Shown here: positions 9,818-18,577 of the stretch, one piece after another
How positions within the stretch are numbered: position 1 is the first letter of the stretch
Layout: the number at the start of each line of letters is the position of its first letter
From: Candidatus Krumholzibacteriia bacterium
GTDB taxonomy: Bacteria; Krumholzibacteriota; Krumholzibacteriia; LZORAL124-64-63
DNA: 64,000 nt
Assembly: GCA_963848505.1 (NCBI GenBank)
Contig: CAWKEB010000002.1
Coordinates: 911,239-975,238, forward strand
Direction of reading: 5' to 3'
The notes under the pieces: generated by a model
The model's input: the letters and a program-made list of their open reading frames with translations, nothing else
The model's database searches: none
Told to the model about the DNA's origin: nothing
Position numbers and translations under genes: made by a program

Positions 9818-10529
9818 ATGCGACGGCCGGGAATCCAGCTGCTGGCACTGGTGCTGATCCTGGCTACGGGCTGCAACGACGAGACGACGGTGCCGGACCC
9901 CGGTTGCGAGCTGACGCTGCGGGCGGTCGACCAGGGCGGCGACCAAGACGGCCGTGTCGATCGGCTTCACCCTGCCGGTCTCCTCGCCGGTCGTCGCCCA
10001 CCTGGTGGCCCGCGACGAGGCCGGCAGTGTTGTCCACGACGAGCGCCGGCCCATGTACCTGGCCCTGATCGACTACGACCAGGCCACGCTGGCGACCACC
10101 GATGGCAACGGCGAGATCGTGCTGAAGGACAAGCGGCTGTTCCCGGCGCTCTACGGTGACGTCGACATGCAGGCTGTCGACGAGCACGGCGACTCCCGGG
10201 GCGTGTTCCCCTTGACCCACACCATGCGCTTCTACCTGCGCGATCCGGACGCCGGGGGCTCGGAGATGTTCCTGCGCGAGGTGACGCGCTCGGGCGAGAC
10301 GATCGAGTTCGTGTGGACGGGCGTGGCGCCGGCGGCCTCCGCGCCGGGGTTCGGGCCCGCGGTGAAGGCGCCGTCCGGTGCCGACGGTCCGCCGGGTGTC
10401 GACTTCCGGCTCTGGCCGCCGTACCCGAATACGTTCAACCGAGTTCGGCGCTACTTCCCGGCGGCCTCGTCGAGAATGCCCTCCAGGTCCTTCCGCTCGA
10501 CCCCCAGCATCAGCTGCCCGTCAGGGTAG
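9818..10529 (+). pseudogene. lipoprotein gene interrupted by a +1 frameshift near 9945 (or sequencing indel)
   Basis: Frame 2 encodes a textbook lipoprotein signal [19 protein letters not shown] followed by ~45 aa. A protein-like frame 0 ([23 protein letters not shown]...YDQATLATTDGNGEIVLKDK...) continues from ~9950 with no ATG of its own. The 3' end overlaps the ferredoxin gene on the opposite strand by 79 nt, so the real stop is uncertain. Confidence 0.5.
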
Positions 10530-10744
10530 CGCACCGCCGTCGGGCCCCGCTCGCAGGCTCCGAGGCAGCCGCTCTGGAAGACCTTGATCCGGCCATCGAG
10601 CCCACGCTCCCGGACCATGGTCTTGAGCTCCTCGCGCAGGTCGATGCCGCCCCGGTCCGCGCAGCAGGGCTTGGGGTGGCCGTCGGGCCGCTTGTTGGTG
10701 CAGACGAAGATGGCCGTGGTGAAGGGGGCCTGGAACTTGATCAT
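10451..10744 (-). CDS. thioredoxin-like [2Fe-2S] ferredoxin
   Basis: 97 aa with four Cys in a CxxxxC...CxxxC arrangement (IFVCTNKRPDGHPKPCCADRGG ... SGCLGACERGP), as in NuoE-like 2Fe-2S ferredoxins. Confidence 0.7.
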   Translation of the reverse strand: MIKFQAPFTTAIFVCTNKRPDGHPKPCCADRGGIDLREELKTMVRERGLDGRIKVFQSGCLGACERGPTAVRYPDGQLMLGVERKDLEGILDEAAGK

Positions 10745-10824
10745 CGCGCGGACTCCCGGGTGGCGGCGCTGGGCCGGTAAAGCGACGGATTCGGCCGACA
10801 AGTTAGACGATCCGCGGGCGCTCG

Positions 10825-12307
10825 CTACTCGCCGTAGCGGCCGATCACCTCGACGATGCCGCGCCGGCAGGCGGCGCAGAACGGTTTGACGCCCTTGGTG
10901 AACATGATGCAGTCCAGCTGCGAGCGGTACAGTCCGCGGGTCATGTAGCCGGCGCCCTCGAAGGCGCCCACCGTGTCGCGGGCCGGGTTCTGCGCGAACC
11001 AGGCGTCGACGGCCTGCTGGTGGCTCAGGGAGAGGGCCTCGCCCTCGGCCTTGGCGGCCTCGACCTCGGCCGCGGGCGCGCCGTCGCGCATCAGGGCCGC
11101 GATGCGGTCGTTGACCTCGCCGCGCTGCCGCTGGTAGGCGAGGTCCATGGCATCGTACTCGTCCTTGTCCCACAGCGTGGGCAGCGGCCCGGGGTCGGCC
11201 AGGTCGGCCCACTTCAGGGCCGCCGGATCCAGCAGCGCCGTGATGTTGCGCTCGCCCGGCTCGGTGCTCGTGGAGTAGAAGCTCTCGTAGGCCACGTTCG
11301 AGGTGTAGTACTCGTCGGCGAGGCCGGCGAAGCTGTGGCCGAACTCGTGGAGGAAGACGTATTCGCTCCACTGGTTGTCGCTGGTGAAGGTGCAGAACAG
11401 GTTGTAGATGCCGCCGCCGCCGTAGCGCTCGTGGTTGACCATGATGTAGAGCACGTCGTAGGGCACGGCCCGGGCCACGTCGCGCATGGCGCGGTTTTCC
11501 TCGGTCAGCATGTACCGTTCGCTGCCCAGGGAATCGAAGGTGCAGCCCAGGGCGGTGCGCCGGTGGACGCCGCGGCTGGGCTCGTCGCAGCCGCTCTCCT
11601 GGGACGGCAGCAGCACCCCGCGCACACTGATGGCGTCGCGGTGGGCGGCGTAGGGCTCGTGGTCCAGCAGCACCTTGGCGAAGCGGCGCACGTCGGCCTC
11701 GAACTTCGCCGTCTCGGCGGCGGTGTAGCCCTCGCCCACGATGGCGATGTCCACGCACCGGTGGGGATCGCCGGCCACCGCCGCGTCCACCGTGATGATG
11801 CCAGCAGGCGCCGGATCGCGGCGGATGCCCCAGTCGGCGGGATCGATCTCCACGCTGTAGAAGTCGGCCAGGCTGCCGTCCTCCTGCCGCGCCTCCAGGC
11901 TGAACAGCACCGGCGCCTTGGGCAGCGGCACCAGCACCGACTCGTGGTAGGTGCGGGCGCACGCCGCGGCCCGCCGCGGCGGTGGTCTGCCACTCGCCGA
12001 AGTAGGAATCGAAGCCCCGGGACCAGATCAGGTCGCCGCTGGCCGTGTCCTGCAGCTTGGCGTAGTAGCGGCCGAGGTCCAGGTCGTCCACCAGCTGCAC
12101 CCGGCTGCCGGCCCAGGCGCCCTGGAGCCACAGCTGATCCAGGGCGACGATCTCGCGCTGGGCGTCGCCGGTGTGGAAGTAGTCGATGCGCAGGGTCTTG
12201 TCGACGAAGTGCCGGTCGAAGGCCGCGGTGTCGGCGGCCAGGGCGGGGGCGGCGATCAGCGACAGGACGGCGCAGATGAGCAGGCGGCGGCGGACACGCA
12301 AGGCCAT
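10825..12307 (-). CDS. peptidase M64 (IgA-peptidase-like zinc metalloprotease), secreted; reading frame broken by a +1 shift near 11955-11970
   Basis: The N-terminal 115 aa (MALRVRRRLLICAVLSLIAAPALA..., signal peptide) are in one frame. The remainder (…TYHESVLVPLP… HEFGHSFAGLADEY … IMVNHERYGGGG) is in the +1 frame. The HExxH motif and the M64-typical YGGGG are present. Confidence 0.7.
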
Positions 12308-12392
12308 GATTGGCTCCCGGGTTCGTTGCTGGGGGAGAGTTCCGAACCCGGAGATGGTGCCGCCGCCGCCGTACTGAGTCAAGCCCCCGGCG

Positions 12393-13664
12393 TCAGAATA
12401 CGAAGCGCGTGCTGGCCCCCACGCCCAGGCCCTTGCCGCTGTCGGCGCCCAGGCCGCCGTGCTGCAGCGCGGCCACGTCCAGCCGCCAGAACCCGGCCTT
12501 GAGGCCCAGGCCCGCCGTGAATGCGGTGCCGAGCTCGCCGCCGGTGGCCCCGCCGATGCGGGCCGCCAGGGCGCCCAGGGGCCGCCACTCGGTGCCCAGG
12601 CGCACCAGCGGTGCGGTGCTGGTGCCGGCCCGGTCTTCGAGGCCCTGCACCAGGTCGGCCGCCAGGGTGACGCTGCCCAGGTCGAGGGCCCCGCCCAGGC
12701 GCAGACGGCGCGGCAGCTCGGTGCTGTAGCCGTTGACGGCGTAGGTGGTGTCGCTGTCGGCCAGGGCGTCGTCCAGGGCCGTGGCAGAGGCGTCCAGGAC
12801 CACCCGGTACTCGGTGCGCTCGACGTTGCCGCGCCAATCCAGGCGCGAGAAGGCGTTGTCCAGGACCAGGCCCAGCGCCAGGCCGTCCTTCTGCCAGGCC
12901 AGGCCCAGGTCCAGGCCGTAGCCCTCGCCGCCGTCGGCGACCACGGCCGAGGCGTAGGCCTCACCGTCGATGCTGCTCATGGTGGTGGTGACGCGGCCCC
13001 GGGCCTCCTCCACGTGCACCTCGTAGAGACCGCGGATGTAGCGGCCGGTTACGCCGACGGCCAGTTGCCCGCCCGCCAGGCCGGTCAGGGGCTGACCCCA
13101 GCTGAGGCCGGCGCAGGCGATGCCGTAGGCCTCGCCGTCGGTGCCGCTGAAGTCGACCGTCTCGTCCGGCGCGTTGCCGAAGAGCACCAGGTCGAAGAAA
13201 TCCTTGTCCAGGGTGCCCGAGCCGCTGCCCAGGGCGGTGGTGGTGAAGGCCAGGTTGCCCGACTGCATGCCCAGGGCGCCGGCATTGGCCTCCAGGTCCA
13301 GGCCGAAGCCTTCGGCGGGGATGTCCGCCAGCAGTTCGGCCTTGTCGGCCTCGCTGAGGGTCGCGCCGGCCACCTGGTTGTAGCGGGCCAGGCTGAAGCT
13401 GTTGTTCTGCAGGTCGACGGTGCCGCCGGCCAGGCCGATGGTCAGGCCCTGGCTGAAGGCGAGGAACGCCGGGTTGGCGCCGGCGGCGTCCAGACCGCGG
13501 GCGGCGGCGGTGCGGGTGCCGCCCATGCCCATGGCCCGGGCGTCGCCGTCGGCGCGGGCCGGCAGGGCGACCGCCAGGATCGCGAGGCCCAGGAGCAGAC
13601 CGCAGCCGGCCGTGCCCAGGTCGAGGTGGTGCTTGCAGCCCATGATGGTCGTCCCCCTGTTCAT
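12393..13664 (-). CDS. outer-membrane beta-barrel protein of the PorV/TraF_2 (FadL-like) type
   Basis: Signal peptide, then the N-terminal motif ARAMGMGGTRTAAARGLDAAGANPAFLA characteristic of PorV/LptO and TraF_2 barrels. The C-terminus ends in an aromatic residue (TRFVF). Confidence 0.55.
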   Translation of the reverse strand: MNRGTTIMGCKHHLDLGTAGCGLLLGLAILAVALPARADGDARAMGMGGTRTAAARGLDAAGANPAFLAFSQGLTIGLAGGTVDLQNNSFSLARYNQVAGATLSEADKAELLADIPAEGFGLDLEANAGALGMQSGNLAFTTTALGSGSGTLDKDFFDLVLFGNAPDETVDFSGTDGEAYGIACAGLSWGQPLTGLAGGQLAVGVTGRYIRGLYEVHVEEARGRVTTTMSSIDGEAYASAVVADGGEGYGLDLGLAWQKDGLALGLVLDNAFSRLDWRGNVERTEYRVVLDASATALDDALADSDTTYAVNGYSTELPRRLRLGGALDLGSVTLAADLVQGLEDRAGTSTAPLVRLGTEWRPLGALAARIGGATGGELGTAFTAGLGLKAGFWRLDVAALQHGGLGADSGKGLGVGASTRFVF

Positions 13665-15712
13665 TCGGAAACCTCCACGTCCAGCCGGATCAACCCGCGG
13701 AAGGTCACGTAGTCGCTGGTCATGATGCGGGCGGGCTCGCCGCCGGTGCCCGGCAGCAGGACCTCGATCACCGCGTACAGTCCGGGCGTGGCCAGCAGCT
13801 TGGTCTGCGCCGAGCCCAGGTTGATCTCGGCCGGGCTGAGGGTCAGGCCGACCGCCTCGCGCGTGACCGGATCGACCACGCCGGCGGCCACGGCCACCGG
13901 TCCGACCGCCAGCAGCGGCGCCGTGGTGATGCTGGTGGTGTCGGCGCTGAACAGCACCCGGGCCTGGACCGCCACCGGCAGCCGGTTGCCCAGCTCCATC
14001 AGCACCTGGGCCGCGCCGGCCCGCTCGAGGATCAGGTCGCGGGTCTCCTCGTCGAAGTCCAGGGCTTCGGGATCGCTGTGGATCACCGACGAGGTGACGG
14101 TGATCTCCACCGGCGCGGTGATGCGCCAGCGCAGGGTGGCCCGGTCGCCCGCGCGCACGGTGCCCAGCTGGCCGCCGCCGCCGGCGGTCACGGTGCCGCC
14201 CAGGGTGATGGCCGTGGGCAGGTTGTTCAGGAAGTCGACGATGGCGCTGTTGGTCTCGTCCCGGATGATCTCGGTGACACCGCGGGTGGGCTCGCCGTAG
14301 CCGTTGATGGTCTCCTGCAGGACCAGGCTGGCCACCGTGCCCTCGGCGTTGGTGCCGGTCAGCAGCAGGTCGGCCGTGGCGTCGACGCCGGAGGTGTTGG
14401 TGACCTCCAGGGCCAGGGTCGCGCGGTTCAGCGACACGCCGCGCAGCTCCTGCGGCAGGTCGATCTCCTCGCTCAGGGGCTCGAGATCGAAGCTCACCGC
14501 GGGCACCCGGCCGGTGACCGCGGCGAAGGTCACGCGGCCCGCGCCCACCTCGACCCGCACGGCCTGGGTCGACTGCAGGTGCACGCTCTGGCCTTCGCTG
14601 CCGCCGCTGGTGACGTCGACGACGGCCGTCAGCGCGGTCAGGGGCGTCCCGCCCGCGACGATGGTGCAGCCGCCGAAGTCGATGGGCGCCTGGGCCGAGC
14701 CGCCCGGTGCCAGGTCCAGGACGGTGGCCAGGTTGGCGCCGGCGGACGTGAAGACCTCGGGCCAGGTCACCAAGGTGCGGCAGGGGATGGGCAGGTCGTT
14801 GCTCATGGTCACGGCGACCGCCCCGGCGGCCACCTCGGCGCCCAGCACCGCGTAGTCCGCGGGCAGGTCCACCACCAGTTCGGTGGTGAAGGACTGGGCC
14901 GGCACCACGGCGTCGGCCGCGTCCACGCGCAGGTCGCTGAAGACGGCGGCGACCACCACCGTCGCCGCAGCATCCACGAGCACCGGCGTGACCGGCGAAC
15001 CGGCCGAAGCGCCCTGCAGGGCCACCGCCACCTCGGCCGGCAGGACCACGCCCGCCAGGTCGGCACTGCCGGTGGCGCGGCCGCCGGCGGGGATCTCCTC
15101 GCTGAAGTCGACGATCGCCAGGGTGGCGCCGCCGGCCGGGTCAAACAGGCGCAACCGCACGGGCTCGGCCGCCGCCGGTCCTGAAACCGGCACCGGCAAC
15201 CCGTTGTCGATCGTCACCAGCAGCGTGCCCTCGGTCACGGTGGCGCTGGCCACGTCCGGCACCGGGGCCGGATCGCCAGCCATCGTGAAGGAGAAGGGGG
15301 GCACCAGGGTGGTCGTCCCGTCCAGCAGCACGGCCGGGGCATAGAGGTCCGCCAGCGCGAAGGCGAAGGGGTCGGGCGCGGCCAGGCCCAGGCTGAAGGT
15401 GCCCAGTTCGTTGATCAGGGACTGGGCCGGCAGGTCCGCGCCCAGGTCGAAGTCCAGGGCGATGGTGTCGGCGTCGCCGCTGACGGTGAAGCCCAGCCCG
15501 CCGTCCTCCAGGGCCACCAGGTAGTCGACGTCCTCGACCAGGTCCATCAGGTCCAGCCGCTCGTCGCCGATGGGCAGGGCCAGACTGGTGGTGAAGGTGG
15601 GCAGCTCCGGCTTGGCCACTTCGCAGCCGCCGAGCAGGGTCGCGGCAAGGGCCGGGACGGCCAGGGCCACGACCAGGCTGCGGATCCGGGAACAGCGGGG
15701 ATGATGCCGCAT
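13661..15712 (-). CDS. large lipoprotein, hypothetical (683 aa)
   Basis: Lipobox LLGGC after an n/h-region. Rich in Ala/Val/Thr/Gly repeats. Its stop overlaps the start of the PorV-like gene (ATGA). Confidence 0.6.
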   Translation of the reverse strand: MRHHPRCSRIRSLVVALAVPALAATLLGGCEVAKPELPTFTTSLALPIGDERLDLMDLVEDVDYLVALEDGGLGFTVSGDADTIALDFDLGADLPAQSLINELGTFSLGLAAPDPFAFALADLYAPAVLLDGTTTLVPPFSFTMAGDPAPVPDVASATVTEGTLLVTIDNGLPVPVSGPAAAEPVRLRLFDPAGGATLAIVDFSEEIPAGGRATGSADLAGVVLPAEVAVALQGASAGSPVTPVLVDAAATVVVAAVFSDLRVDAADAVVPAQSFTTELVVDLPADYAVLGAEVAAGAVAVTMSNDLPIPCRTLVTWPEVFTSAGANLATVLDLAPGGSAQAPIDFGGCTIVAGGTPLTALTAVVDVTSGGSEGQSVHLQSTQAVRVEVGAGRVTFAAVTGRVPAVSFDLEPLSEEIDLPQELRGVSLNRATLALEVTNTSGVDATADLLLTGTNAEGTVASLVLQETINGYGEPTRGVTEIIRDETNSAIVDFLNNLPTAITLGGTVTAGGGGQLGTVRAGDRATLRWRITAPVEITVTSSVIHSDPEALDFDEETRDLILERAGAAQVLMELGNRLPVAVQARVLFSADTTSITTAPLLAVGPVAVAAGVVDPVTREAVGLTLSPAEINLGSAQTKLLATPGLYAVIEVLLPGTGGEPARIMTSDYVTFRGLIRLDVEVSE

Positions 15713-15959
15713 CGGGGCTCCTCCGGTCGGTTCGGGGTGGGCACGACTCGGAGCGGCCGATGAAGATTCCGTACCAGGAGAACGGCGGAGGCACGCACGG
15801 CCCCCATGGACCGCGACGGGGAACGATGGGGAACAACGGGGTCTCTGGACCGGCGCATGGGGCCCTTAAGAGGATCCCTTATCGCACGAATAAAGGACCG
15901 GCCTCAGGGCGAATTGCAGGGCACCACAAGCCATCCTTGGAATCGATTCTCAACCGGAG

Positions 15960-15988
15960 GGATTGAAAGCCGATAGCGGAGGGTGTAT
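15960..15988 (+). promoter_or_regulatory. sigma70-like promoter for the TonB-dependent receptor gene
   Basis: TTGAAA - 17 nt - TATTTT, about 60 nt upstream of the ATG. A perfect 10-bp palindrome GAATCGATTC lies at 15936-15945 just upstream. Confidence 0.35.
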
Positions 15989-16046
15989 TTTCGCGGCGAT
16001 GTCCATTCGGAGCCGGGACCGCGCCAGCGGGCAGGGGAGGCCACCG

Positions 16047-17996
16047 ATGTCCAGACCGCCTTGGGGTATGATTCCGTGCCTGTTGGCCGCGGGGCTGGCC
16101 TTGGCCTGCCCACCGCCGGTCCGCGCCGCCCAGCCGGGTCCCGCCGCTCCCGACACCCTGGTGCGCCACATCGCCGAACTCGACTTCGAGCAGCTCCTGG
16201 ACATGAAGGTCACCCTCGGCAGCCGCACTCCCGAGAAGTGGTTCCGCACCGCCAGCGCCATGCACGTGATCACCAGCGAGGACATCCGGCGCTCGGGCCT
16301 GACCCTGGTGCCCGAACTGCTGCGCCTGGCCCCCGGCGTCCAGGTCGCCCGGATCGACGCCAACAAGTGGAAGATCGCCATACGCGGTTTCAACGAGCGC
16401 TTCAGCTCGAAGCTGCTGGTGCTGGTGGACGGGCGCATCGTCTACACCCAGCTGTTCTCGGGCGTGTACTGGGACGTGCAGGACCTGCCCATCGAGGACA
16501 TCGACCGCATCGAGGTGGTGCGCGGGCCCGGCGGCGCGCTCTGGGGCTCGAACGCCGTCAACGGCATCATCAACATCGTGACCCGGAACGCGGCCGACAC
16601 CCGGGGCGGACTGGTGGTGGCCACGGCCGGCGACGAGGCGACCCGCGCCCAGATCAGCGGCCGCTACGGCTTCGGCGGCGACGGCCTGGATGTGCGCATC
16701 TACGGGCGCTTCACCGACCAGGACGCGGGGGCCTACCCCCAGGACGGCCTGCCCGACACCGGAGGCTCCTACACGCCCGGGGCCGACGCGGGCGACGGCT
16801 GGCAGCAGTGGCACGCGGGGTTCCGCGGCGACTGGCGGGCCAACGAACGCGACAACGTCTCCTTCTTCGGCGATCTCTACCAGGGCGAGTTCGGCCAGAC
16901 CCGGGTGCTGGCCTTGCCCGCACCGACGACGCTGCCGGACACGGTCGAGGCCGCCGGCGGCTACGTCGGCCTGCATTGGCAGCGCAAGCTGTCGGCCGGT
17001 TCGGACCTGGGGCTGCGCCTCTACTACGACCACACCTTCCGCGAGGACGAGGGCCTATGGGAGAAGCGGGACACCTACACCGCCGACTTCCAGCACCGCT
17101 TCACCCTGGACCGGCACGAGCTGATGTGGGGCGGCGAGTACCGCGCCTCGGCCGACGAGACCCGCCGGCGCAGCACCGTCTACTTCGACCCGGCCGCGCG
17201 CACCCTGCGCCGGGGCACGGTCTTCGTGCAGGACCGCATCGCCCTGGACGCGGCCCATGTCTGGTCGGTGACCGTCGGCTCGAAGTTCGAGGCCAACAAC
17301 GTCACCGACTTCGAGGTCCAGCCCAGCCTGCGCCTGCTGTGGGCGCCGTCGGACCGCACCTCGGCCTGGACCGCGGTCTCCCGGGCCGTGCGCACGCCGT
17401 CGCGGGCCAACAGCGATCTCTACCTGGAGCCTATGCCGGGCGTCATGGTGCCCCTGGGCAACCCCGAACTGGAGTCGGAGGAGGTCACGGCCTGGGAGGC
17501 CGGCGGCCGCCACATGTTCACCGACCGCTTCTACGTCGACGTCGCGCTCTTCGCCAACGACTACGAGGGCCTGATCGACGACAACGAGAACCAGGGTGCA
17601 GCCAACTCCGCCGGCGGCGAGCTGGCGGCCCGCTGCGAGGTCACGCCCGCGTGGACGCTGGTCGCCAACTGGTCGTACATCGACTTCACGCGGCGGGAGC
17701 CCCCGAACGTCGCCGTGTCGGCTCCGCGCCACATGGTCGGCCTGCGCTCCTGCCTGGACCTGCCCCACGACCTGGCCCTGGACGCCGCGTTCTATTACAC
17801 CGATCCCAATGCGGAGACCGTGCCGGCCACCGACCGCCTGGACCTGCGCCTGGGCTGGCGTCCGCATCCGCACTTCGAGCTCAGCCTTTCGGGTCTGTAC
17901 CTGCTGGACGAGGCGGCCACCGAGGCCCGGGGCGGCACGCGGCTGTCCTCGGACGCCCAGCGCAGCTACCACGCCACGGCGCGGGTCGGGTTCTAG
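16047..17996 (+). CDS. TonB-dependent outer-membrane receptor
   Basis: Signal peptide, then a plug domain (…LDMKVTLGSRTPEKWFRTASAMHVITSEDIRRSGL…IEVVRGPGGALWGSNAVNGIINIV) and a long barrel ending …RVGF. Confidence 0.85.
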   Translation: MSRPPWGMIPCLLAAGLALACPPPVRAAQPGPAAPDTLVRHIAELDFEQLLDMKVTLGSRTPEKWFRTASAMHVITSEDIRRSGLTLVPELLRLAPGVQVARIDANKWKIAIRGFNERFSSKLLVLVDGRIVYTQLFSGVYWDVQDLPIEDIDRIEVVRGPGGALWGSNAVNGIINIVTRNAADTRGGLVVATAGDEATRAQISGRYGFGGDGLDVRIYGRFTDQDAGAYPQDGLPDTGGSYTPGADAGDGWQQWHAGFRGDWRANERDNVSFFGDLYQGEFGQTRVLALPAPTTLPDTVEAAGGYVGLHWQRKLSAGSDLGLRLYYDHTFREDEGLWEKRDTYTADFQHRFTLDRHELMWGGEYRASADETRRRSTVYFDPAARTLRRGTVFVQDRIALDAAHVWSVTVGSKFEANNVTDFEVQPSLRLLWAPSDRTSAWTAVSRAVRTPSRANSDLYLEPMPGVMVPLGNPELESEEVTAWEAGGRHMFTDRFYVDVALFANDYEGLIDDNENQGAANSAGGELAARCEVTPAWTLVANWSYIDFTRREPPNVAVSAPRHMVGLRSCLDLPHDLALDAAFYYTDPNAETVPATDRLDLRLGWRPHPHFELSLSGLYLLDEAATEARGGTRLSSDAQRSYHATARVGF

Positions 17997-17998
17997 GC

Positions 17999-18577
17999 AT
18001 GGCCCGCCGGGCGCACGGACGTCGTCGTGCTGCCGCCCTGGCGATCGGGGCGGGGCTCGTCCTCGTCCTGTTGACCGGTGCGCTGGCGCCTGCCTTTGCC
18101 GCCGCAGCGGGGGGCGACGCCTCGCCCTCGCTGGTGCAGGCGGGTTTCATCACCAAGTTCCCCCTGTTCGTCTACTGGCCGGACGGGGCCTGGGAGCCCG
18201 GCCCCGGACCGTTCGTGATCGGCGTCATCGGTGATTCGCCGGTGCTGGCGGACCTGCAGCAGCTGGCCCGCTACACCGAGATCGAAGGCAGCTCCCTGGA
18301 GATCCGGCAACTGGCCGGACCGGAGGAGACGGGCGGCTGCCACATCGTCTTCATCGGCGCGGGCGAGGATGCGCACCTCGAGGCGATCCTCGCCGCCTTG
18401 CACGGGCGGCCGGTGCTGACGGTGGCGGACAGCCCGGGCTTCGCCGCCCGCGGCGTGCACATCAACTTCTACGTCGAGAGCGAGCGGGTGCGGTTCGAGT
18501 TGAACCAGCAGGCCTGCGAGGACGCCGGGCTGGGCCTCAGCTTCCGGCTGCGCAACGTGGCGAGGCTGGTCGAATGA
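17999..18577 (+). CDS. YfiR-like periplasmic protein (DUF4154)
   Basis: 192 aa with signal peptide, starting 2 nt after the receptor stop. Pattern (FITKFPLFVYWP…PFVIGVIGDSP…CHIVFIG…) is typical of DUF4154/YfiR. Confidence 0.6.
   Translation: MARRAHGRRRAAALAIGAGLVLVLLTGALAPAFAAAAGGDASPSLVQAGFITKFPLFVYWPDGAWEPGPGPFVIGVIGDSPVLADLQQLARYTEIEGSSLEIRQLAGPEETGGCHIVFIGAGEDAHLEAILAALHGRPVLTVADSPGFAARGVHINFYVESERVRFELNQQACEDAGLGLSFRLRNVARLVE

Noticed and set aside
8570-10160. Candidate hypC between hypD and neighbouring genes
   Set aside because: No ORF with the HypC N-terminus (MC[LI]A[IV]P) or an 80-90 aa OB-fold-like product occurs in any frame. The small ORFs here are antisense artefacts.
12307-12393. 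Possible independent promoter or terminator between the PorV-like and M64 genes
   Set aside because: The 86-nt gap has no clear stem-loop or -35/-10 match. It is treated as an intra-operon spacer.
10451-12964. 837-aa minus-strand ORF spanning the ferredoxin, M64 and PorV-like regions
   Set aside because: It is a read-through artefact. Its N-terminal 219 aa are W/P/T/A-rich nonsense overlapping the 3' part of the PorV-like gene in another frame. Only the segments corresponding to the M64 N-terminus and the ferredoxin are real.
15860-16046. Possible cobalamin riboswitch in the leader of the TonB-dependent receptor gene
   Set aside because: The segment GGGAGGCCACCG near the start resembles a B12 box only superficially and overlaps the RBS. 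The other conserved riboswitch elements (GGTGAAAATCC-type core) are absent.
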